A stretch of DNA of 64,000 nucleotides from an uncultured Verrucomicrobiae bacterium. GTDB lineage: Bacteria; Verrucomicrobiota; Verrucomicrobiia; Limisphaerales; Palsa-1400. The first letter of the stretch is position 1. Each line of letters starts with the position of its first letter. Made by a program: the position numbers and the translations under genes. Location of the stretch: NCBI GenBank assembly GCA_963707025.1, contig CAVPOM010000014.1, positions 160,001 through 224,000 on the forward strand. The letters run 5' to 3'. The notes beneath the pieces were generated by a model. That model ran no database searches, was not told the DNA's origin, and saw only the letters and a list, made by a program, of their open reading frames with translations. Of the stretch, positions 49,564 to 59,342 are shown in pieces.

Positions 49564-50763
49564 CTAACGTTGATAAACTGGCAAAAGTTGAAAGGCCGGC
49601 GTCAAGGTCAACACCGCCAGCGCGCTGGTATAGACATTGCCGAACATCATGTCCCGGTGTCCCACCTCCGCCGGCCACGAGCCGTCGGACGATTGCCCGC
49701 TTAACACCGCCGCGGACAGCGGTGGAAAAATTCCCTCCCAATAGCGCCCGCCCAGTTGCGCCGCCGCCTGGCTGGAATAATACGCGCTGTAAAAAAACCG
49801 GTCGGCTATTCCGACCCGGTCCCCAAAACCGCGATAGGGATGGCCCAACAACCAGTCCCCCGCCGCCAGTTCCATGGGGGTTTGGTGTTGTCCCGCCAGC
49901 GCCAGCGAGACAATGCCGGCCGCCACCATGCCGCGGCCTGACCGGATATCCCCCGGGCCGGGCCCGTCAATCGCGTAATAAAAGACCCCCTCCTTTTCTT
50001 TCCAACAACGGTGGACAAACTCCATCGCCTCATCAATGTATTTCTGGGGCACGCTGAACTCCGCGTTCCGCGCCGAACGCAAAAACATCAATTGCCAGGC
50101 CGTGACCGATAAATCGGAGTCCGCCGACGCCATGTCCCAGGTCGGAGGGAAATAGCGCAGCCGCAGATACCGCCAGCCCCCCTTGTCCCCGGCATACTCT
50201 TTGGGGCGTGTTTGCAGATCGCGCGTGAACTGCAGCGCTTTTTCCATCGCCTGCTTCACCTCCCCCGCCCTCCGGCCGGTGACGTGCCCATAAACCTCTC
50301 CCAGCATCAGCCCGGCAATGGCATGATTGTAAACCGCCGCGTGCGACGCTCCATCATCCACATGCGCCGCTTCGGGAAGTTGATAGGAAAAAAGCCCGTC
50401 GGGCCTCTGGCAGGAAATCACAAAATCAATCCCCTTCTCCATCGCCGCCCCGTACGGTCCCAGGCCCGGCTGATGGCCCCGGGAAAGAAAGGCCAGCACG
50501 CAAAGACTGGTGATGGCCGGTTGCGCTTGCGGCAAAGTCGGGAACGAGCCGTTGGCCGCCTGCTGGCTGGCGATCCAGCCCAGCGCGCGGTCCACCGCGT
50601 CCTCCATGCGCCGCCTGTCCCGGACGGACAGCACCTCCGCCAAAGGCTTGGCGGGCGGCACCGCGCCATTTTCCGCCGCCCCCATTGCCGCCGCCGGAAG
50701 AAACAGCGCGGCCAGCAGGGCGCGCGCCCGGGATAATGTCTTGACGGATTTAACAACAGCCAT
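49564..50763 (-). CDS. Prenyltransferase/squalene-cyclase repeat protein, paralogue 1
   Basis: Signal peptide, same motifs, ends LLPVYQR. Confidence 0.88.
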   Translation of the reverse strand: MAVVKSVKTLSRARALLAALFLPAAAMGAAENGAVPPAKPLAEVLSVRDRRRMEDAVDRALGWIASQQAANGSFPTLPQAQPAITSLCVLAFLSRGHQPGLGPYGAAMEKGIDFVISCQRPDGLFSYQLPEAAHVDDGASHAAVYNHAIAGLMLGEVYGHVTGRRAGEVKQAMEKALQFTRDLQTRPKEYAGDKGGWRYLRLRYFPPTWDMASADSDLSVTAWQLMFLRSARNAEFSVPQKYIDEAMEFVHRCWKEKEGVFYYAIDGPGPGDIRSGRGMVAAGIVSLALAGQHQTPMELAAGDWLLGHPYRGFGDRVGIADRFFYSAYYSSQAAAQLGGRYWEGIFPPLSAAVLSGQSSDGSWPAEVGHRDMMFGNVYTSALAVLTLTPAFQLLPVYQR

Positions 50764-50966
50764 ATTCTTTCAGCGCAAATCTTCTCCAAGCATAGCCGAA
50801 AAACCCCGCCCTGTCCCGCTAATTTATTTTCACCGCTTGCTCCTCCTCTCAATTATCACTGGTAAAATGGCGGAAATATGTGACAGTAAACCCAGGGCTG
50901 TGCCTGAGTCACCCATGTCCTGAAAAATCGGGGAGCGCGGGGAACTTATGTCTTGATAACTTGTTT

Positions 50967-53702
50967 ATGCTTTTATTCAGATGGCGTCGGATTGGTTCAG
51001 ACCTGCTTTTTTCCGCGGCCGCGCTCCTGACCGCCACCGCCTGGCCGGCGGAACCGCAACAGGTTGGAGGCCATGTTCCCGATGTGGTGGCCAGGGGTTT
51101 GGCGCCGGCGGGCCGGCTCCCCGCCGCGCAGCAGTTGCGTCTGGCCATCGGCCTGCCCCTGCGCAACCGCCCAGCCTTGACCAACCTCCTCCAGCAACTT
51201 TACGATCCGGCCAGCCCCCTCTTTCATCAATACCTTCAACCAGACCAGTTCACCGCCAGCTTCGGGCCGCAGGAAAAGGATTATCAGGCCCTCCGCCAAT
51301 TCGTCCAGTCCCACGGCTTGACCGTCACGGGCACTCATCCCAACCGGATGGTGCTGGATGTGAGCGGGTCGGTGGCGGAGATCGAAAAGACTTTTCATGT
51401 CAAGCTGGGGGTTTATCCCCACCCCACCGAGCCAAGGACGTTTTATGCGCCGGATGTGGAGCCGACGCTGGACTTGGAGGTCCCAGTGCTGAACATCGCC
51501 GGGTTAAATGATTTTGCCAGGCCGCATCCCGCCTCCCTTCATGCGCGCCCGGTCGCGCCAGCCCCCAGCGCCACTCCCAACGCCGGTTCAGGGCCTGGCA
51601 ACTGGTATATTGGACTGGACTTCAGAGCCGCTTATGCGCCGGGGGTGACGCTGACCGGCGCCGGCCAGTCGGTCGGCCTGGTGGAGTTCTCCACCTACTA
51701 TGCCGCTGACATTGCCAGTTACCTGGCTTTGCCAAACGGCGGCCTGGCCAACACGAACGTGACCGTGATCCCCGTGGGCATAGACGAATCAACCAATACC
51801 ACTCCTGATTCCGACGGAAATGTCGAGGTGGCGCTGGACATTGACATGGCCATCTGCATGGCGCCCGGATTATCGAGTGTCATCGTCTATGAAGCAGTCA
51901 ACAATAGTTCGCTCACCCCTGCTGACGACATGTTCAATCGCATGGCGACCGACAATCTGGCCCGGCAACTCAGTTGTTCCTGGAGCGGGTTCATTGATGC
52001 CACCATCCAGCAGGACCTCCAGGAGTTTGCGGTCCAGGGGCAATCATTTTTCATCGCCTCCGGTGACAGCGGAGCTTATATCAACCCGCTCAACCCGCCT
52101 TCTCCACCCAGCGACGACACTTATGTGACCTCCGTTGGCGGGACGACCTTGAGCACGGCCAGCGCCAGGGGAGTGTGGACCTCGGAAACAACCTGGAACT
52201 GGTTCAGCACCAAGGCCGTGACCATGACCAATGGCAGCAGCGGCGGCATCAGCCCCACTTACGCCATTCCAAGCTGGCAACAAGGCGTGAGCATGGCGGC
52301 CAACCAAGGGTCCACCACTTACCGAAACGTTCCCGACCTGGCCATGATCGCCGACCAGATCTATGTGATCGCTGACGACGGTATTGGGTATGAGATCGGC
52401 GGCACCAGTGCGGCCACCCCGTTGTGGGCGGGATTCATGGCGTTGGTCAATCAGCAGAATGCGGCTGTGGGAAACCCGCCGGCGGGCTTTGTCAACCCGG
52501 CGCTCTACGCCCTCTGTCAGGGAACCGAATATGCCGCCTGCTTCCATGACATCACCACGGGCAACAATACCAACCTCAGCAGCCCCGACTTGTACTTTGC
52601 CGTCCCCGGTTATGACCTATGCACCGGCTGGGGCTCGCCCGCCGGCAGCAACCTGATCAATGTCCTGGCGGCCCCGGCCGATGTTCTCGAGATCACCCCG
52701 CTCAGCGGCTTCACCGCCGCCGCCACGGCGGGCGGTCCGGTCAAAGTGGTGTCACAGAGTTTCCTGTTGACTAACGCGGGGACGACCGCGCTGAACTGGA
52801 CCCTGGCCAACCCGGCCGCCTGGCTCAGCAATTCCGCCGCCGGCGGCACGCTCGCCGCCGGCGGATTTACCAATGTGACGGTGAGCCTGGATGCGGCCGC
52901 CGCCGACGCCCTGCCTGCAGGCGTTTACACCACCAATATCTGGTTCACCAATGCGAGCGATGGAGTGGCGCAAAGCCGGCAGTTCAACTTGACTTTGGTG
53001 GGGGCGCAATTAGTCCAAAATGGCGGATTCGAGACGGGTGATTTTACCAGTTGGACCCCGCCGGCAGACACCGGCGCCAATTTTGTGGGCAGCGCTTCCA
53101 CGCCGTTCATTGGGCCGCATCGCCGCACCGTTTATTACGGCTCTTACTATATTCACTCCGGCAGCTATGCCGCATTCCTGGGCGAATACGGCCAGTTGGC
53201 CTACTTGAGCCAAACCCTGACGACCGTTCCAGGCCAGCCCTACTTGCTGTCCTTTTGGCTGGATAACCCGGGGAAATTCGCCAACCCGCCAACCCCGAAT
53301 GAATTCATGGCCGCATGGAATGGCAACACCCTTTTCGATCAAGTCAATTTGGGAGTCTTCAGTTACACCAACCTGCAATTTGTGGTCTCGGCCTCCGGCA
53401 CGAGCACGACCCTTGAGTTTGGCGCGCGCAATGACCCTGACTATTTCGGCCTCGATGATGTTTCAGTGACGCCCATTCCGGCTCCCGTTTTCCAATCCGC
53501 GGCCAGCGCCAACGGCTCCATCACCCTGACCTGGTCGGCCGTGACCGGTGTGACCTATCAACTGCAGTTCACCACCAGTCTGGGCGCGCCTAACTGGACT
53601 AATCTGGGCGCGCCGACCAACGCCAGCAGCGCCTCCGTCGCCGCCTCGGATGTCAAGCCTGCGGACCCGCAACGGTTTTATCGCGTGGTGGTGGCGCCGT
53701 AG
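50967..53702 (+). CDS. S53 (sedolisin/kumamolisin) peptidase with prodomain, BACON-like, CBM-like and C-terminal beta module
   Basis: Prodomain (LPLRN...DPASP), EVALDID, ASGDSG, RNVPDL, GGTSAATP, GYDLCTGWGSP; VQNGGFETGDF; ends QRFYRVVVAP. Confidence 0.93.
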   Translation: MLLFRWRRIGSDLLFSAAALLTATAWPAEPQQVGGHVPDVVARGLAPAGRLPAAQQLRLAIGLPLRNRPALTNLLQQLYDPASPLFHQYLQPDQFTASFGPQEKDYQALRQFVQSHGLTVTGTHPNRMVLDVSGSVAEIEKTFHVKLGVYPHPTEPRTFYAPDVEPTLDLEVPVLNIAGLNDFARPHPASLHARPVAPAPSATPNAGSGPGNWYIGLDFRAAYAPGVTLTGAGQSVGLVEFSTYYAADIASYLALPNGGLANTNVTVIPVGIDESTNTTPDSDGNVEVALDIDMAICMAPGLSSVIVYEAVNNSSLTPADDMFNRMATDNLARQLSCSWSGFIDATIQQDLQEFAVQGQSFFIASGDSGAYINPLNPPSPPSDDTYVTSVGGTTLSTASARGVWTSETTWNWFSTKAVTMTNGSSGGISPTYAIPSWQQGVSMAANQGSTTYRNVPDLAMIADQIYVIADDGIGYEIGGTSAATPLWAGFMALVNQQNAAVGNPPAGFVNPALYALCQGTEYAACFHDITTGNNTNLSSPDLYFAVPGYDLCTGWGSPAGSNLINVLAAPADVLEITPLSGFTAAATAGGPVKVVSQSFLLTNAGTTALNWTLANPAAWLSNSAAGGTLAAGGFTNVTVSLDAAAADALPAGVYTTNIWFTNASDGVAQSRQFNLTLVGAQLVQNGGFETGDFTSWTPPADTGANFVGSASTPFIGPHRRTVYYGSYYIHSGSYAAFLGEYGQLAYLSQTLTTVPGQPYLLSFWLDNPGKFANPPTPNEFMAAWNGNTLFDQVNLGVFSYTNLQFVVSASGTSTTLEFGARNDPDYFGLDDVSVTPIPAPVFQSAASANGSITLTWSAVTGVTYQLQFTTSLGAPNWTNLGAPTNASSASVAASDVKPADPQRFYRVVVAP

Positions 53703-53714
53703 AGAAACACCGCC

Positions 53715-54768
53715 ATGCGGAAGACTTTTCACCGCCTCATCCTCGGCGCTTCGATTTTGGCCGCCACCTCGGCCCTGGCCGGCGCCGGCCGGCGCGCCAA
53801 CCCCGGGGCGGCTGGCAACACCGGCCTGTTGCAGACCCTGCCCATCCCGGTGCGCCGGACCGTGCAGGCCGAAATCGCCACCGGAACGCTCGACTCCGTC
53901 AGCCGCACCAACGGCAACGGGGGCGAAGTCATTTACGACATTGACTTCACCCGCCTCGGCAAATCCCGCAACATGACCGTGGCGCTGGACGGCAAATTGC
54001 TCGATATGCAGGTCTTTCTTGAGGAAACCCCCTTCCCCGTGCGCGCGGCCATCCAAAAGCTCAGCCAGGGCGGCGAATTGGGGGACATCACCAAAAACAT
54101 CGGCGATTACGACGACTTTACTTATGAGGTGGACTTAACCCGCGACGGGGCAACGCGCACCCTTACCGTGGACGACAACGGGGTGTTGCTCGAGATGCAG
54201 GTTTTCCTCAAGGAGACCCCTCCCTCTGTCCAGCAAACCATCCACACCAAGGTGGCCGGGGACATTCTGGGCGACATTACCAAAACCATGGACGGCGACG
54301 AGGTGAGCTACGATGTGGCAATGACCAAAGCGGACAGGAGGCGCACTTTCACCGTCGGCACCAACGGAGAATTGGTGCAAGAGCAGGTCTTTGCGGAGGA
54401 ACTTCCCGAGGCGGTGCAAAAAGCCGTTCAGGAACAGGCCCAGCGCGGCCGTCTCGGCAAAATCAACCAGTCAACCGAAGAGGGCAAAGTTTACTACGAA
54501 GTCACAGTGAGCATCGGTGGCAACACCTGCCGGGTCACTCTCGACGCCGGCGGCGCGCTCGATTCCGAAGAACAAGACATGGTTCTGGGCGTCCCTTCCC
54601 GCCAAGGTCAAAATCGCCCTCCACCCCCTTCAGGTCGCCGGCGAGCAAGTCAACGATGTCGTGCGCACAACAAAAGGAACCAACACAACCTATAACATTG
54701 AATTGCGCAATGGGCCGGCCCGTCGCACGCTCGCCTTTGACGACGACGGCAAAGTCATTCCCCCGTAA
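53715..54768 (+). CDS. Secreted PepSY-like repeat protein; apparent frameshift at ~54583
   Basis: Signal peptide, about five repeats of LP.PV...I......LG.I....DG...YEV.....G..RT.TV..DG.L; last repeat continues in another frame (WASLPAKVK...FDDDGKVIPP). Confidence 0.72.
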
Positions 54769-54904
54769 TCTGCCATCGTGGCGAGGACTTGCCCACAGTG
54801 CCGGATGCGTTTTGGGAAGCGCATTTGCGCTTCGCCGGATTCTGGCGTTTTGTTTGTCGTTTCTGTGTCGCCGATGCCAATTTTTCCATCTCCCGAGGGA
54901 AAAA

Positions 54905-54981
54905 TGGTCGGGGCGGTGGGATTTGAACCCACGACCTCTTGGTCCCGAACCAAGCGCGCTACCAAGCTACGCTACGCCCCG
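54905..54981 (-). tRNA. tRNA-Pro (anticodon CGG)
   Basis: CGGGGCGTAGCGTAGCTTGGTAGCGCGCTTGGTTCGGGACCAAGAGGTCGTGGGTTCAAATCCCACCGCCCCGACCA; 77 nt, encoded CCA. Confidence 0.97.
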
Positions 54982-55107
54982 ACAACCAAAGGAACCACAA
55001 CATGCACGCTGCCCCCTTCAAACGCAACTAGATTCTCGATAAATTCTTGCCTCTGACGCGGGAGCGGTTGACTTTCCCCGCCCCGCCGCAGGTACTATGC
55101 CACGAAT

Positions 55108-55866
55108 ATGGATTTAGGCATTACCAACAAAATCGCCCTGGTGACGGGCGCCAGCCGCAATATCGGGCGCGGCATCACCCTGGCCCTGGCGCGCGAAGGC
55201 GTTCGTCTCCTGCTGGTCGCCCGCTCGGCGGACGCCTTGGAAACCTTGCGCCAGCAAATCGCCACCCCGCAACGCCCGCATCATTGCTACGCCGTTGATC
55301 TGATGGCCCCGGGTGGCATCGCCAATCTGGTGGAATCCATCACCCGCGACCACGGCGCCCCGGACATCATGGTGCATAACCTCGGCGGCTCTTGCGGCGT
55401 CTTCCAGACCTTCGCTTCCTCCGATGATTGGCGCAAGGTCTGGCAATATAATGTGGGCATCGCCCACGAATTGAACCGCGCTTTCATTCCCGCCATGCAG
55501 AAAAAACGGTGGGGCCGCATCGTCCATCTTTCCACCCTCTCCACCAAAACCTTCAACGGCTATCCCCCGCATGTCGCCGCCAAGTGCGCCCTGGACGGTT
55601 ACGTCCATACCGTCCAGCGCGAAGTGGCCAAGGACAACATCGTTATTTGTGCGGTCGCCCCCGGCGCCATTTACACCGAAGGCCGCCATTTTGCCAAATT
55701 GCAAAAAGAGAACCCGGCCGCCCTCCAGCAGTATTTCCAGGATCATCTGCCCGCCCAGCGCCTTGGCACCCCCGACAACGTCGGCGGGGTCGTGGCCTTC
55801 CTCTGTTCGGAGTACGCCGCCTTTATGACCGGCTCCATTGTGCGCGTGGACGGCGGAGGAATGTAA
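55108..55866 (+). CDS. SDR family oxidoreductase
   Basis: TGASRNIG, WGRIV, VAPG, VDGG; catalytic motif reads HVAAK. Confidence 0.9.
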   Translation: MDLGITNKIALVTGASRNIGRGITLALAREGVRLLLVARSADALETLRQQIATPQRPHHCYAVDLMAPGGIANLVESITRDHGAPDIMVHNLGGSCGVFQTFASSDDWRKVWQYNVGIAHELNRAFIPAMQKKRWGRIVHLSTLSTKTFNGYPPHVAAKCALDGYVHTVQREVAKDNIVICAVAPGAIYTEGRHFAKLQKENPAALQQYFQDHLPAQRLGTPDNVGGVVAFLCSEYAAFMTGSIVRVDGGGM

Positions 55867-55870
55867 TCCG

Positions 55871-57076
55871 ATGAAGTCTTGCCTGGTTTGCGGCTCTGGC
55901 CCGGTCGAATTGTTGATTGATTTCGGACCGCAGCCCTTGTGCAACCGCTATCTGGCGCGGGCGGAGGAATCCGAAGCGCTCTTTGGCCTGGCCCTGGGCC
56001 AATGCGCCGGGTGTGGATTGATTCAGATTGTCTCGCCGGTGGCGCCACAAGAGTTGAAACCCAGGTTTGATTGGATCACCTACAACGAACAGGAAGGGCA
56101 CCTGGATGACCTGGTGGAGAGAGTTTGTGCCCTCCCATCTGTCAATACGAATTCTGTCGTGGGCGCAATTTCCTTCAAAGACGACAGCACCGTGGCAAGG
56201 TTGCAGAAGAAGGGGTTGGCCCGCGCCTGGCGTCTGCAGGCCAGGGCGGATTTGGGGATTGAGGATGCGGCCGCGGGATTGGAAACCGTCCAGGAGGCGC
56301 TTTCGGCGCTTCGGGCGGAACAGATTGCGGCGCGGCGCGGCGCGGCGGACGTTCTGATCGTCCGCCATATTCTGGAGCATGCGCAGGAGACGCGGCGGTT
56401 TGCCGCCGCGCTCAAACGGCTGGTCAACCCCAATGGTTTCTTTGTTTTCGAGGTGCCGGATTGCCGCCCGGCCCTGGAACGGCTGGACTACAGCATGCCC
56501 TGGGAGGAGCATATCCTCTATTTTACCCCGGAGACTTTCCGGCACTCCCTGGCCGCGCTCGGTTTCTCCGAGGCGCATTACCAGTGCTACCTTTATGCCA
56601 ACGAAAACTCGCTGACGGCGATTGTGCAGAACCGGGAGGCGGACGGCGCCGGAAAAATTGCCCCGGCTCTGCTGGAGGGCCAGAAAGCGCTGGGCCAAAG
56701 CTATGGCTGCGCCTTCCCGGGCTATCGGACCAACACGGCACGGTGGTTGTCGGAATGCCGCCAGCGCCGTGGCAAAATCGCCGTGTTCGGGGCGGGACAT
56801 TTGAGTTGTTTTTGGATCAACGCCCTCGGGGTGGCGGATTGGATTGACTTGGTCCTGGATGATCATCCCAAGAAGCGCGGCCTGCTGATGCCGGGTTCGC
56901 GGCTTCCGATCCGCGGGTCGGCCAGCTTGCTGGAGGAGCAGGTCAGAATGTGCCTGCTGAGTCTCAGCCCGGAAAGCGAGGAGAAGGTCGTGGCGAAAAA
57001 TCAACTTTTTCTGGAACGCGGCGGTTCCTTTGCCTCCATTTTTCCGGGCAAGCCCAATTCGCTGGCCACTAATTAG
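55871..57076 (+). CDS. NDP-hexose C-methyltransferase-like protein (zinc-binding N-terminus)
   Basis: CLVC...DFGPQPL.N...CAGCGLIQ, RHILEH, EVPD, EEHILYF, FGAG, DDHPKKRG. Confidence 0.82.
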   Translation: MKSCLVCGSGPVELLIDFGPQPLCNRYLARAEESEALFGLALGQCAGCGLIQIVSPVAPQELKPRFDWITYNEQEGHLDDLVERVCALPSVNTNSVVGAISFKDDSTVARLQKKGLARAWRLQARADLGIEDAAAGLETVQEALSALRAEQIAARRGAADVLIVRHILEHAQETRRFAAALKRLVNPNGFFVFEVPDCRPALERLDYSMPWEEHILYFTPETFRHSLAALGFSEAHYQCYLYANENSLTAIVQNREADGAGKIAPALLEGQKALGQSYGCAFPGYRTNTARWLSECRQRRGKIAVFGAGHLSCFWINALGVADWIDLVLDDHPKKRGLLMPGSRLPIRGSASLLEEQVRMCLLSLSPESEEKVVAKNQLFLERGGSFASIFPGKPNSLATN

Positions 57077-57138
57077 TTGTTGTTATAGGATGCCGCCAAG
57101 CGGGTGGCTGCGGCCACCGATGAAATCGAAGATGAATT

Positions 57139-58020
57139 ATGAAAATTGTATTGATCGGGCATGAGGGCTATCTGGGCCGTGGCCTTTTTGCCTATCTGGG
57201 CAGGCGGCACCAGGTTTTTGGATGGGACAAGAAGGAGGATTTATTCAAAATGGATGCCGCCTATCTGGCGCGGCAGGGAATTGAAATGGTGATCAACCTT
57301 TCCGTGGTGGCCGACCGTCAGTCGCCCATCTTTCGGGTCGGGGAGCCCACGGACGCGGTCAATGTCGGCGGCGCCCGGCATCTGGCCAATATCCTGAAAG
57401 GAAGCGAGATTACCTGGATACAGATGTCAACGCGGGAGGTGCTTGGGCCGGTCTATAAACAGGACGACGTGCTCAAAACCAAGGAGGGCTATCGCGGCAA
57501 GTTCCTGGTGGGTGAGGACTTGCCGTATGTGCCGTTTAATTTCTATGGGAAGTCCAAGATCATGGCCGAATTCATTGCCGAATCCCATCCGCATAGCAAC
57601 GTGATCCGCTTGACGACCTGTTATACCGATTACGATCATCCGGCGGGCAATTGGGTGGTATCCCTGGTGCGGGCCGCTGTGCAAGGCCGGCCCGTCAAGC
57701 TGACGCAGGGCGGATTGCAGTTTCGCGACCCGCTGCACATTGACGATCTGGGGCGCTTGATGGAATTGCTGCGCGAGAAAAAGGTTGGAGGCCAAAAACT
57801 TCACGCCGGCGGCGGGGAAAGGAACATGATCTCGCTGCTGGAGTTTGTCAGAATCGCCAATCCCTCCGTGGAGGTGGAAGCCGCGCCGGGAGGGGACTAC
57901 GGCTTCGCGTTTGATATCGCCAAGGCCGCTCGATTGACCGGATGGGAGCCGCAGATCCTGGTCCGTGAGAGAATTCCGGTTGTGGCCGGGAACATCCGGC
58001 GCGGCCTGGCGCAGCCCTGA
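57139..58020 (+). CDS. NAD-dependent epimerase/dehydratase
   Basis: GHEGYLG, YGKSKIMAE, RDPLHIDD. Confidence 0.88.
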   Translation: MKIVLIGHEGYLGRGLFAYLGRRHQVFGWDKKEDLFKMDAAYLARQGIEMVINLSVVADRQSPIFRVGEPTDAVNVGGARHLANILKGSEITWIQMSTREVLGPVYKQDDVLKTKEGYRGKFLVGEDLPYVPFNFYGKSKIMAEFIAESHPHSNVIRLTTCYTDYDHPAGNWVVSLVRAAVQGRPVKLTQGGLQFRDPLHIDDLGRLMELLREKKVGGQKLHAGGGERNMISLLEFVRIANPSVEVEAAPGGDYGFAFDIAKAARLTGWEPQILVRERIPVVAGNIRRGLAQP

Positions 58021-58036
58021 CCGATGATTGCCGGAC

Positions 58037-58570
58037 ATGCGCCTGAAGGAAATCAACAGCGAGGTGTTTGCGGCCGGCGAACTCATTGTCAAAGTCGGTC
58101 CGCCCGAGATTGCATTTCTGAAGGACAAACTGGCCGCGGCGCCGCGCGGGCGCGTGCGGCTGTGCGCTCATTCCGGCCAGGATGATTTGCTGCATGAGAT
58201 GATCATTGTTCTGGCCAAGAACACTTACGTCCGCCCGCACAAACATCCGGCCAAGAGCGAATCGTTTCATGTGATCGAAGGTGTGGTTGACGTGGTGGTG
58301 TTTGGCGAGGACGGGAGAATTGCGGAGATCATTGCCCTGGGTGATCCGGCCTCCGGGCGGAACTTTTATTACCGGCTGTCCTCGCCGCTCTTTCACACGC
58401 TGTTGATCCGCGCCGGCCCTCTCGTCATCCACGAGACCACCAACGGACCGTTCCGGGAGGGAGACGCGATTTTTGCGCCGTGGGCGCCAGCCGGGGAGGA
58501 TGGCGCGGCGGCCCGCGCCTGGCTGGAGCGCCTGGCGGCGGCGGCGGCAACGTTTCAAAATGCGCCGTGA
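58037..58570 (+). CDS. WbuC family cupin-fold metalloprotein
   Basis: RVRLCAH, LHEMII, YVRPHKH, ESFHVIEG, FHTL, HETTNGPF, FAPWAP. Confidence 0.88.
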   Translation: MRLKEINSEVFAAGELIVKVGPPEIAFLKDKLAAAPRGRVRLCAHSGQDDLLHEMIIVLAKNTYVRPHKHPAKSESFHVIEGVVDVVVFGEDGRIAEIIALGDPASGRNFYYRLSSPLFHTLLIRAGPLVIHETTNGPFREGDAIFAPWAPAGEDGAAARAWLERLAAAAATFQNAP

Positions 58571-58592
58571 AGCCGGCGGTTGTTCTTATTCC

Positions 58593-59336
58593 ATGAGCAT
58601 GCACAGTTTGATTATTGGCGGCACCCGCGGGGTCGGCCGCGAATTGGTCCGGATGTTTTCCGAACAGGGCCATGCCGTTTCCGTGGTTGGAAAAAGGCCG
58701 CCGTCCGAGCCGGACCGCCAGCGCAAGAATGTCTCCTTTTGGGCGGTGGACGTGACCAACCAGCCGGCGGTCAAAGCCGCGCTGGCCGGGATCGTCGAAA
58801 AGAACGGGAAGCTGGACAACCTTGTTTTTTTGCAGCGGTTCAAGGGGGAGGACGACAAATGGCTTGGCGAAATCGAAACTTCCTTGACCGCCACCAAGGA
58901 AATCATCGAAGCCCTGGCCGGACAATTCAGCGAGGCGGGCGATCATTCCATTGTCGCTGTCAGTTCGATCGCCGATGAATTTATCGCGGACGGGCAGCCG
59001 GCCAGTTATCATGTGGGCAAGGCGGGATTGTGGCAATTGGTGCGTTACTTTGCCGTGGTGCTCGGGCCCAGGGGCATCCGTGTCAACTGCGTGTCTCCCT
59101 GCACCTTCGTCAAGCAGGAGAACCAGGCCTTTTACTCCCAGAACGAGAAATTGCGCGATCTTTTCCAGCAGATCATTCCCCTGGGCCGGATGGGCAGCGC
59201 GGTTGACTGCGCCAACGTCATCGCCTTTCTTTGCAGCCCGCAGTCTTCCTTTGTCACCGGACAAAGGATCACCGTTGACGGCGGGGTCTCTCTGTTGTCG
59301 CAGGAGTCGCTGGCACGGAAAATAGCCGGCCTTTGA
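58593..59336 (+). CDS. SDR family oxidoreductase
   Basis: GGTRGVG, SYHVGK, GIRVNCVSP, TGQRITVDGG. Confidence 0.92.
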   Translation: MSMHSLIIGGTRGVGRELVRMFSEQGHAVSVVGKRPPSEPDRQRKNVSFWAVDVTNQPAVKAALAGIVEKNGKLDNLVFLQRFKGEDDKWLGEIETSLTATKEIIEALAGQFSEAGDHSIVAVSSIADEFIADGQPASYHVGKAGLWQLVRYFAVVLGPRGIRVNCVSPCTFVKQENQAFYSQNEKLRDLFQQIIPLGRMGSAVDCANVIAFLCSPQSSFVTGQRITVDGGVSLLSQESLARKIAGL

Positions 59337-59342
59337 GATGCG

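Noticed and set aside
45922..50763. Hopanoid/terpene biosynthetic cluster (squalene-hopene cyclases)
   Set aside because: About 400 aa single-barrel size, signal peptides, no DxDD motif, no isoprenoid genes nearby
54905..54981. tRNA-Pro as an island attachment site
   Set aside because: No duplicated tRNA 3' end or integrase seen in the window
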